17,195 nt of DNA from Thermoproteaceae archaeon (lineage in GTDB: Archaea > Thermoproteota > Thermoprotei > Thermoproteales > Thermoproteaceae): positions 1 to 17,195 of the forward strand of contig JAJHRB010000033.1 in assembly GCA_020833025.1 (NCBI GenBank). The letters run 5' to 3'. The notes beneath the pieces are model-generated. The model ran no database searches, was not told where the DNA came from, and worked only from the letters and a program-made list of their open reading frames with translations. Made by a program: the position numbers and the translations under genes. This document shows positions 6,479-13,640 of the stretch, piece after piece; within the stretch, counting starts at the first letter, position 1; the number at the start of each line of letters is the position of its first letter.

Positions 6479-8728
6479 GTGGCCTCCCGGGAGGAGGTCG
6501 CCAGGCTCGAGAGGTTCAGGCAGGGCATAGAGGAGTTCAGGCGGCGGTACCGCGACGCGCTGCCGCCGGAGGAGCTCGAGGAGTGCGTCAAGGAGGCGGC
6601 GCGGCACAATTTCACGCTGCTGAGGGCCTATGCGTGCGCGGCCGAGAGGCTCGCGAGGATGGAGAGGAAGGGACAAGTAAAGGAGAGGGAGAGAGAGGAG
6701 GGAGTAAAGGCAAGAAAGGCAGAAGAGAGGGAGACAAAGAGGGAGGAGGGGGCCGCGCGGCCCGCGCCCGGCCTCCGCGACCTGCTCGGCGCGCTCAAGC
6801 GCCTGGAGTGGCAGGGGCACGCCGCCCTCGCGTCCCTCGCCCTCTGCGCGGCGCACCCGCTCCTCTGCCTCGCCTCCCTGCCGGCGGCAGCTTTACTTTA
6901 CGCCTACCGGAAGAACACAGTGCCGATGTGGACGGACGGGGGCGCGCTGGTCTGGCGCGGGAGGCGGTACCGCTTCCACCGCGTGGAGCGCGTCTTCCGC
7001 GACGTCGTCGGGATGGGGCCGCACGAGTTCAGAAACGTGCTGCTGGCAACGACGCACGAGTACAACGGCGTGTACTACCGCGAGGGCAGGGCGTGGGTCC
7101 TGATCGCCGAGGGCAGGCCGGTCGAGGAGGCGAGGGCCGTGCTCAGGCGATTCGGCGTTGTCGTCGAGCCGCGGCCGGAGGGGCGCGCGCCGGTCGAGCT
7201 GCCGAGAGAGCGCCTCAGGCGCTACCTCCACTGGGCCCTCCTCCCGCTCGCGGCCGGCGCCGTCTCCCCGCTCGCGCTGCCGGCGGCGGCCCTCGCGTCA
7301 ATTGTGATCTACCTCCTCACCGCGAGGGACCTCGGGCACAGGCCGCGCCGGCTGAGGGCAATTAGCCGCAACGCGAGCTACTACTCGGTCCCGGACGTGG
7401 AGAGCGTGCACGCCGTCGCGCTCGCCGCGCAGCCCCTCCTGCGCGAGGCGCTCGTGGTGTGGGAGCACGACCCCGAGCACGTCATCAGGCTGGAGCGCAG
7501 GGGCGCCTGGACCGAGAGGCTCGCCTGGTGGTTCCAGTCGAAGTGGCGCCTCCAGAGGCTGGACGTGATCCAGGTGGCGAGGCAGCGCGCGATGAACCTC
7601 CACGAGCGGGGCTTCTTCGCGTGCGGCCTCGTTGACGGCAGGCCGGCCGCCTTCACGCTGGGCCGCCCGGCGGACGCCGTCCCGGCCTTCACGCTGGACC
7701 TGGCCGAGCTCACGCCCTACGCGCTCCTGCTCTCCCCGGCGGAGTGCGGGGAGGGCAGCGTGAGGCTGGGCGTTGACGACGCCGGGCGCGAGGTCTGCTT
7801 CAGGCCGGAGGACCTCCAGACTCCGCACGCCTTCCTCGTGGGCAAGACCGGCTCCGGCAAGACCACGCTGGGGATGCTCGTCGCGGCGCAGCTGGCGAGG
7901 CGCGGCGTGGTGCCCGTGGCGGTGGACCCGCACGGCCACTGGGCCCGCATCGAGAGGTGGGTCCCAGGGGTGCAGCTGGTGGACGCCAGGCGCCTCGCGC
8001 CCCCGCTCCAGCTTAGGGACCCCGGCGACGTGGACCTCCTCCTGGACGCGCTGAGGGCGGCCGGCGTTCAGGTGTTCGACGCGCACTTCACCGTGCTGCT
8101 GAGGGCGCTGGACCGCTGCGGCGCCCCGCTCCCGCTGGCCAAGCTGCCGGACTGCCTGCTCGCCGCTCGCGACCTGGCGAGCGCGTGGGCAGTGGACGCG
8201 ATCTACGGCCGCGTGCTCAGCCTGGCCAGGATGGAGGCCGCGCGCGTTGACCCCGGCAGGCCGATCGTGGTCCACACCGCCGGCAGCACCGAGCCCGACG
8301 CCCGCATGAAGCTGATACTGTGGACCGCCTGGCTGGTGAGCGAGGCGAAGGCGACGTGCCCCGAGCCGCCGTGCGGGCTGCGCTGGCTGCTCTTCATAGA
8401 CGAGGCGCACGCGCTCATGCGCGACGTCAGCCACATAGCGAGCGTCTGGCGCGAGCTGCGCAAGTTCGGCGTCGAGGCCGTGCTGGCGACGCAGAGCGTT
8501 CTCGACATACCGCAGCCGCTAATAGAGAACTCCGGCCTCAAGGCGGTCCTCGCCGTGGAGCCCGAGGCCGTGCCGGTGATCGCCCAGCGGCTCTACATAG
8601 AGCAGTCGAGGCTGCAGAGGGTCGCCTACGAGTCCCTGCCGGAGGAGCGAGTCGCCGTGATACGCGTCGAGGGCAGGTCGCCGGTTTACGCCCGCCTCCA
8701 CAGCCCGGACTCGCTGCTGGCGCGCTAG
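6479..8728 (+). CDS. Membrane-anchored HerA/FtsK-superfamily ATPase (VirB4/VirD4/CedB-like)
   Basis: HAFLVGKTGSGKTT Walker A; VAVDPHGHW; LFIDEAH Walker B; RELRKFG..LATQS motif; two hydrophobic segments in the N-terminal half. Confidence 0.8.
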   Translation: MASREEVARLERFRQGIEEFRRRYRDALPPEELEECVKEAARHNFTLLRAYACAAERLARMERKGQVKEREREEGVKARKAEERETKREEGAARPAPGLRDLLGALKRLEWQGHAALASLALCAAHPLLCLASLPAAALLYAYRKNTVPMWTDGGALVWRGRRYRFHRVERVFRDVVGMGPHEFRNVLLATTHEYNGVYYREGRAWVLIAEGRPVEEARAVLRRFGVVVEPRPEGRAPVELPRERLRRYLHWALLPLAAGAVSPLALPAAALASIVIYLLTARDLGHRPRRLRAISRNASYYSVPDVESVHAVALAAQPLLREALVVWEHDPEHVIRLERRGAWTERLAWWFQSKWRLQRLDVIQVARQRAMNLHERGFFACGLVDGRPAAFTLGRPADAVPAFTLDLAELTPYALLLSPAECGEGSVRLGVDDAGREVCFRPEDLQTPHAFLVGKTGSGKTTLGMLVAAQLARRGVVPVAVDPHGHWARIERWVPGVQLVDARRLAPPLQLRDPGDVDLLLDALRAAGVQVFDAHFTVLLRALDRCGAPLPLAKLPDCLLAARDLASAWAVDAIYGRVLSLARMEAARVDPGRPIVVHTAGSTEPDARMKLILWTAWLVSEAKATCPEPPCGLRWLLFIDEAHALMRDVSHIASVWRELRKFGVEAVLATQSVLDIPQPLIENSGLKAVLAVEPEAVPVIAQRLYIEQSRLQRVAYESLPEERVAVIRVEGRSPVYARLHSPDSLLAR

Positions 8729-8738
8729 CCCTCCCCCT

Positions 8739-8840
8739 CAGGGCCCTACTCGCAGGGGTCTGAGGCAGGGGTCTTCAGCGCAGGGGTGATTACCCCTGCG
8801 GTGAATTCCCCTGCGCCAGGCCCCTGATGCAGGGCCCCTG
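8739..8840. repeat. Palindromic array A: four CAGGG(G) boxes facing four (C)CCCTG boxes
   Basis: Forward boxes start at 8739, 8753, 8766, 8781; reverse boxes end at 8798, 8813, 8826, 8840. Every pair sums to 17579, giving exact dyad symmetry at 8789/8790. Confidence 0.9.
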
Positions 8841-8860
8841 AGAGGGCGCGGGCCGGGGCC

Positions 8861-8892
8861 GGTTGAACGCGCCCGCTGGCGCTCCCGCCGCC
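8861..8892 (+). promoter_or_regulatory. GGTT(-32) promoter motif for wHTH gene
   Basis: GGTTGAAC at 8861, CC|ATG at 8893. Confidence 0.55.
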
Positions 8893-9423
8893 ATGGGTGA
8901 GGAGGTGCGCGAGAGGGCGCGCAGGGCGTTAGAGCTGCTGTCGCGCGGCTGCCTCACGAGCGGGGCGCTGGCGCAGATGCTCGGCGTTTCCGACTCCCGG
9001 GCGGAGTACGCGCTGAAGAGGCTGTGGCTGGAGGGCATCGCTAAGCGCTACGCGCTCGGCAGGATCGACGCGTGGTGTCTCGGGCCGCCCAGTGCCATCG
9101 GCATTCTCTGCGACGGGCGCGTGATTTACATCTCGGCGCGCCGGCTCGCACACACCGTGCTTGAGCTGCTCCGGAGCACGAAAGTGCTAAAGCCCGTCAC
9201 GCTCACGCGGCGCCTCTCTTCTCTCTCTTCAGAGGCGCCGTGCGCCGCATTCCTGAGCGCGGCTCGCGGCATTCTGCGCCTCATGCTCGACGGCTGCGCC
9301 GTTGAGGACCGGCGCAGCGGGCGCCACGTGCTGCTCATCACGGACCCGCGCTGCGCAGCCGAGCGCCTCCAGCGCCTCGCCGAGAGCGGCGCCCTGCCGC
9401 TCGACCCGATCCAGCCCCCGTAG
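8893..9423 (+). CDS. Winged helix-turn-helix DNA-binding protein, possibly tandem wHTH; 176 aa
   Basis: ALELLSRGCLTSGALAQMLGVSDSRAEYALKRLWLEGIAKR fits the wHTH pattern; start reassigned to ATG 8893 by the promoter motif. Confidence 0.7.
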   Translation: MGEEVRERARRALELLSRGCLTSGALAQMLGVSDSRAEYALKRLWLEGIAKRYALGRIDAWCLGPPSAIGILCDGRVIYISARRLAHTVLELLRSTKVLKPVTLTRRLSSLSSEAPCAAFLSAARGILRLMLDGCAVEDRRSGRHVLLITDPRCAAERLQRLAESGALPLDPIQPP

Positions 9424-9449
9424 CCCGCGCCCTCCCTCCCGCAATTCCT

Positions 9450-9460
9450 CCCCCCTTTTT
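9450..9460 (+). terminator. C6T5 terminator-like tract abutting next promoter
   Basis: CCCCCCTTTTT then GGTT; identical to 1231-1245. Confidence 0.45.
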
Positions 9461-9492
9461 GGTTGCTCGCCCGCCCTCACCCCGGGCCCGCC
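9461..9492 (+). promoter_or_regulatory. GGTT(-32) promoter motif for HerA
   Basis: GGTT at 9461, CC|ATG at 9493. Confidence 0.55.
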
Positions 9493-10824
9493 ATGGAGGG
9501 CTTCGTGATAGGCGTGCACGGCAGAGTAGCGCGCATCGCCGGCTTCTACCGCCCCGGCGCGCTGCTGGAGAGCGAATCCGGCGCGAGGATGCTGGTCGTG
9601 GGGAGGCGCAAGGCGCTCCACCCGCATTTCATGGAGGCCCTGAGATTGGCAAGAGACGGCGAGCCGGTCCCTGCCGAGCACGAGGTCGTCAGCGTCTCCA
9701 GGGCGCTGATTGTGAGCGAGCAGGTGCCGGAGCCCGGCGAGCGGGTGCGCGAGGTCGAGTGGCGCGCCGAGAGGCCCGGCGTCTACGGCCCCGAGGGCGA
9801 GGTGAACCTCTTGAAGCACGAGGGCATTCCGCACGTTACTATCATTGCGTCAACCGGAATGGGCAAGACCACGCTGGTCAAGATGCTGTTAAGGCAGGCA
9901 GCCAGCGCCGGCTTCCGGCACATCATCGTGCTGGACATGCACGACGAGTACGGCGACGTCGTGAGGGAGCTGGGCGGCGAGGCCGCGCCGCCGGTCCTGC
10001 CGCTCTGCGACCTCACGGACCACGAGCTCCTGGCCGCGACGGGCCTCCTGCGCGTAGCCACGTCGCCGATCAGGATGATGCGGTACTTGCGCTACTTCGT
10101 TCGCGCGTTCTGCAGGCTGGCGGAGAAAACCGAGATAGAGAATCTCAGGGCCGCGCTCGAGAGGGCAGGCGACGCGATGCTGCTACTTGATGTAATCAGC
10201 CCGGACGCAAAGGCGCTTGACGAGAGAGAGACCCTGACGCGCGAGTTCATAAGGGCATTGAGGGACGAGCTCGGCCCGACCGCGTTCAACGCGCTGCGCG
10301 AGGTGGTGCGCAAGGACGAAGAGAGAATGGCCGCGACGATGATGTACCTGATGTGGGCCGTGGAGCACGCCCCGCGCGTCGAGCTGCACTGGGAGCTCCC
10401 CGACATCGTTGCAATTCAGCTCCTCGAGTTCCGCAGCATCTTTGCCATGAGCGACATAGCGCTCGCCGTGATGTCGTATATATTCCGCCGCCTAATGGAG
10501 CTCAAGGAGCCGGCGCTCGTGGTGATAGAGGAGGCGCCGAGACTGCTGCAGGACGAGACGGCGCGACGCAACCTGGAGCTGTTTCTCTCGCAGGCGCGCA
10601 AGTTCGGGGTGACGGCAGTTCTGGTCAGCCAGACGCCCCACGACCTCGTGCAGAACACGAGACTCGTGCTCGGCCGCGTGCAGAACGTGGCGTGGGCGAG
10701 GAAGCTGGCAGAGCTCGCCCCGCAGATGCCCGGGGAGCTGGCAAGGCTGCTGCCGCAGCTCGGCCGCGGGGAGTTCGCGCACCTTGACGGGCAGCGCGTC
10801 GTGCCGCTGCGGGTGATCGTATGA
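9493..10824 (+). CDS. herA: HerA-family helicase/DNA translocase; 443 aa
   Basis: N-terminal beta-rich HAS-barrel-like region; HVTIIASTGMGKTT Walker A; IVLDMHDEY; VVIEEA Walker B; ARKFG..LVSQTP motif. It is a paralog rather than necessarily the core repair HerA. Confidence 0.8.
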   Translation: MEGFVIGVHGRVARIAGFYRPGALLESESGARMLVVGRRKALHPHFMEALRLARDGEPVPAEHEVVSVSRALIVSEQVPEPGERVREVEWRAERPGVYGPEGEVNLLKHEGIPHVTIIASTGMGKTTLVKMLLRQAASAGFRHIIVLDMHDEYGDVVRELGGEAAPPVLPLCDLTDHELLAATGLLRVATSPIRMMRYLRYFVRAFCRLAEKTEIENLRAALERAGDAMLLLDVISPDAKALDERETLTREFIRALRDELGPTAFNALREVVRKDEERMAATMMYLMWAVEHAPRVELHWELPDIVAIQLLEFRSIFAMSDIALAVMSYIFRRLMELKEPALVVIEEAPRLLQDETARRNLELFLSQARKFGVTAVLVSQTPHDLVQNTRLVLGRVQNVAWARKLAELAPQMPGELARLLPQLGRGEFAHLDGQRVVPLRVIV

Positions 10825-11312
10825 TTACCGCCGCGGACGCTGGCGTGCGCATCGCCAGGTGCTACTCGCTCGAGACGCGCCGCGTCGAGACCGTGGGCGT
10901 CGCGGCCATAGCCGCCGTGACGTCTTCTGGCGCTGTTGACGTGATACACTTCAGCGTCACGTCGCCGGAGACCCGCGACTTTGAGTTAGAGGTGTTGCGC
11001 CACTACAGCCGCACGGCAGAGATTTGCGTCGTTGACGGGCCGCCCGCGGCAGTCTGCAGGAAGAACGTGGGCATCATAAAGTCCGGAAACCCCGCCGCCG
11101 GCTGGCGCTGCGTTGCGCTCGGGCCGTACGCTGTCTGCGCCGACTTCGAGCTTAGCGTCGACATCGCGAGACTGGCAATCAGGCTAAACGCGCTGGCGCA
11201 CAGAGTGGCGCACGAGGCGGCAAGGACGCTGTTCCGCCGCGAGCTGCTGAGGCGCCGCTGCGTGCTGGCAGAGGGCGCCCACGTCGTGCCGGAGCTGTCG
11301 TACTACCATTAA
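10821..11312 (+). CDS. Miniature NurA-like (RNase H fold) nuclease; 163 aa
   Basis: ITAADAG, FELEVL, ICVVDGP and LAHRVAHEAA match the order of NurA catalytic motifs; ATGA overlap with herA; GGGTGA SD. Confidence 0.55.
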   Translation: MITAADAGVRIARCYSLETRRVETVGVAAIAAVTSSGAVDVIHFSVTSPETRDFELEVLRHYSRTAEICVVDGPPAAVCRKNVGIIKSGNPAAGWRCVALGPYAVCADFELSVDIARLAIRLNALAHRVAHEAARTLFRRELLRRRCVLAEGAHVVPELSYYH

Positions 11313-11316
11313 TCCT

Positions 11317-11324
11317 CCTTTTTT
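11317..11324 (+). terminator. Oligo-T terminator-like tract
   Basis: CCTTTTTT 5 nt after the stop at 11312, in a pyrimidine-rich run. Confidence 0.5.
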
Positions 11325-11346
11325 CCCTCCCCCTCTTTCTGCGCTT

Positions 11347-11447
11347 CAGGCCCCTGTAGCAGAGGTCTGGGACAGGGGTCTTCATCGCAGGGGTAACTAC
11401 CCCTGGGACGAAAGCCCCTGCCCCAGGGCCCTGCCCTCAGACCCCTG
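11347..11447. repeat. Palindromic array B, homologous to array A
   Basis: Forward boxes at 11347, 11360, 11373, 11388; reverse boxes end at 11405, 11420, 11433, 11447 (pair sums 22793, outermost 22794). The core 11373-11405 is 30/33 identical to 8766-8798. Confidence 0.9.
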
Positions 11448-11480
11448 TACCTGTGTCAGGGGGTTACTTTCAGCCCACAG

Positions 11481-11492
11481 AAAGGCTTTTAT
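11481..11492 (+). promoter_or_regulatory. Canonical-looking archaeal BRE-TATA (AAAGGC TTTTAT)
   Basis: Purine run followed by TTTTAT; the only such element I found upstream of a gene here. Confidence 0.5.
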
Positions 11493-11561
11493 GGTCTCGC
11501 AATGTCGGGCTTCGTGGCGCAGGGAACCGTCCAGACACAGGTCCAGGAGGTGCCGGTCTCG

Positions 11562-12506
11562 ATGGCGCTGAGGGAGGTCGAGGAGGTCCTCAAGAAAATG
11601 GGCTACGGCACGAAGCCCCTCTTCGAGAGCCCCTACGAGGTGAGGCGCAGGTGCGCCCGGCTGGAGGGCCGCACGCGCTGGAGGAGGACGCCCGACCTCG
11701 AGCGCGTGATGCGCCTGGTGGGCGCGTCCAACATTGCCGCCGTCCGCCTCCTCGCGCCGCACCTCGCCGAGCCCGTCTGCGTCCCGCCGCCGGAGTTCCT
11801 GCCCGCCGCCGCGGGCCTCGTGCCGGTCTACGAGGTCAGGTGCGAGGAGCCGCGGAAGTGCGCTGACGTCGCCGAGGCCGCGGCCGCCGCGCTCGGCATC
11901 GAGCTGCCGGAGATGGTCAGGCGGATGCTCCTGGGCGCCCCCGAGGAGGCGGGGCCCGCCGAGGCGCCCCCGCCACCTCCCAAGGCGGAGGCCGCCCCGG
12001 CAGCGCCGGCCCCCGAGACAGGGGCGGAGGCTCCCGAGACGGAGAGAAGGCCGGAGCCGGCCGCCCCGGAGGGCGCGTGGATAGAGCTGGTCGCCGACGT
12101 CGCCCGGCAGAGGCCGGAGGCCGTCGAGGCGGCGCTCAGGGCGGCCGGCTTCGAGTGGCTCGCGCCCGCCATCAGGGACGCCACCACGAGGAGGGCGGTG
12201 CAGGAGCTGCTCTCCGACCCCGAGCTCGCGAGGACCCTCGCCGAGGGAGGCAAGGCAATCAAGGAGCTGCTGAGGGCACCGCCGCCGGCGGCCGGGCCGG
12301 CGCCCCAGCACTGGCCTAAGAGAGACGCCGAGCTCCTAGCGAGGGAGCTCCCGCGCTCGCGCGACGCCGCGGACCTCGCCGCGAGGCTCTTCGCCGCGCT
12401 CAGCGGCTGCGACCTGGACGCCGCGAGGTCCGTCATCGACGCGCTGGCGTCGGCGCCCTGCGACCAGCTGAGGCAGCTCGGCAGGCTGCTCTCGAGGGCG
12501 CGCTGA
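11562..12506 (+). CDS. Hypothetical multi-domain protein with Pro/Ala/Glu linkers; 314 aa (alternative starts 11502, 11514)
   Basis: GGAGGTG SD at 11546-11552, 9 nt before ATG 11562; in frame with track ORF 11502..12506; the stop overlaps the next ATG. Confidence 0.65.
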   Translation: MALREVEEVLKKMGYGTKPLFESPYEVRRRCARLEGRTRWRRTPDLERVMRLVGASNIAAVRLLAPHLAEPVCVPPPEFLPAAAGLVPVYEVRCEEPRKCADVAEAAAAALGIELPEMVRRMLLGAPEEAGPAEAPPPPPKAEAAPAAPAPETGAEAPETERRPEPAAPEGAWIELVADVARQRPEAVEAALRAAGFEWLAPAIRDATTRRAVQELLSDPELARTLAEGGKAIKELLRAPPPAAGPAPQHWPKRDAELLARELPRSRDAADLAARLFAALSGCDLDAARSVIDALASAPCDQLRQLGRLLSRAR

Positions 12507-12913
12507 TGTCCTGCCGCCACTTCTACGCGCTGCTGCTGCTCGGCGGAAAGCGGTCCGGCGGCCCGCCCGTGCCGTGGGGCGCCGTGGCCGAGTCGCTGCG
12601 GAGGGTCGTCTCGTGGTACGTGGAGAGCAGGGTCCCGCCGGAGAGCTACTACGTCACGCTGTCGCCGCCGCTCGTGCGGCGCGCGGTCTACGAGTACGCG
12701 TCCGAGCATAAGTGCAGGTACGCCGAGATGTGGAAAGAGCGCCTCAGGGACGGCACGAGGACCGTCATGCGCGTGTTAATGCACGAGGCGCGGTGCTGGG
12801 CGAGGCGCTGCCCCGAGCCGCGCCCTGAGGTCCTCACCGTGCCCCGCGCCTGGCTGCTGGAGTACCTAAGGCGCCTGGGCGGCCCCTGCTCGCGGGGGCC
12901 TAACAGCTTCTAG
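12506..12913 (+). CDS. Hypothetical protein, 135 aa
   Basis: TGATG stop/start overlap; normal amino-acid composition; followed by a T-tract. Confidence 0.65.
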   Translation: MSCRHFYALLLLGGKRSGGPPVPWGAVAESLRRVVSWYVESRVPPESYYVTLSPPLVRRAVYEYASEHKCRYAEMWKERLRDGTRTVMRVLMHEARCWARRCPEPRPEVLTVPRAWLLEYLRRLGGPCSRGPNSF

Positions 12914-12921
12914 CCTTTTTT
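12914..12921 (+). terminator. Oligo-T terminator-like tract
   Basis: CCTTTTTT immediately after the stop at 12913. Confidence 0.5.
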
Positions 12922-12942
12922 CTAATTTTCTAATTTTTCTGA
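12918..12942 (+). repeat. AT-rich TTTTCT(A/G)A tandem repeat x3
   Basis: TTTTCTAA at 12918 and 12926, TTTTCTGA at 12935. Confidence 0.7.
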
Positions 12943-12949
12943 TCCTCCC

Positions 12950-13606
12950 GTGCTCCTCTACACGAGACGCAGGGTCGAGGAAATTGCCAGGCAGTACGAG
13001 GAGAGAATCAGGAGGCTGGAGGGGGAGCTCGAGAGGCTGAGGGCCGAGGCCGAGTTCTGGCGGCGGCGCGCGGAGTTCCTTGAGCGATCCTACCGCGAGG
13101 AGGTGGTGGAGCTGAGGGCCTACGCGAGGCGGCTGGAGGAGTCGTGCGCCTCAAGCCCCCCGGCCCCGCCGCTCGCGGACGAGGAGAGACTCGCGATGGC
13201 AGTGGAGATAGACCACCTGCGGAGGACCGTCTCCGGGCTGCAGAGGAGGCTGGCCGAGTGCGAGAGGCGGGCGGAGAAGTGGCTCGACAGCTGGCACGAG
13301 CTCTTCATGCGCTACACGCCGCTGGAGCGCGAGCGCGTGCAGTGGGCAGCGGCGCACGCGGGCCACGTCGTCATACGCGTCGAGCCCTTCGAGGAGCTCC
13401 GCGTTATTCTCAACGCGCGGGGGCAGCGGCTGGAGCTGTTAAGGCGGCGGGACGGGAAGTACATCACGCACTACATCCCGCTCCCGCCCGGCGCTGGCCC
13501 CCTCGCGGCGGTCCCAGAGCTGGGGATAGCCGCGTGGAGGCCCGCCCGCCCCGACGCGATAAGGCGGCTGGCCGAGGACCTCGCGCGCAGAATGGCCTCG
13601 CTGTAG
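12950..13606 (+). CDS. Hypothetical coiled-coil protein, 218 aa
   Basis: E/R/L heptad-rich N-terminal two-thirds with a small beta-rich C-terminal domain; CC|GTG start. Confidence 0.65.
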   Translation: MLLYTRRRVEEIARQYEERIRRLEGELERLRAEAEFWRRRAEFLERSYREEVVELRAYARRLEESCASSPPAPPLADEERLAMAVEIDHLRRTVSGLQRRLAECERRAEKWLDSWHELFMRYTPLERERVQWAAAHAGHVVIRVEPFEELRVILNARGQRLELLRRRDGKYITHYIPLPPGAGPLAAVPELGIAAWRPARPDAIRRLAEDLARRMASL

Positions 13607-13607
13607 C

Positions 13608-13640
13608 GGTTGCAAATCGCGCTGCGGCGCGCCGCGCGCC
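13608..13640 (+). promoter_or_regulatory. GGTT(-33) promoter motif
   Basis: GGTTGCAAAT at 13608, CC|GTG at 13641. Confidence 0.55.

Noticed and set aside
6660-6755. Purine-rich GA tract resembling a microsatellite
   Set aside because: It is explained by the in-frame E/R/K-rich charged linker of the 6479 ATPase.
8739-8840. Chromosomal oriC ORB elements (AGGGGT resembles the ORB G-string)
   Set aside because: The TTCCA-N-TGGAA ORB core is absent, there is no adjacent AT-rich unwinding element, and no orc1/cdc6 gene lies in the window.
8739-11447. Arrays A/B as CRISPR arrays
   Set aside because: Units are only 13-15 bp, point in both orientations, have no 30-40-nt unique spacers, and no cas genes are present.
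8753-11447. CAGGGGTCTGAGG at 8753 and its inverse ending at 11447 as Tn3-like terminal inverted repeats
   Set aside because: The match is just one box of each palindromic array. There is no transposase or resolvase, no 38-bp IR and no flanking target-site duplication.
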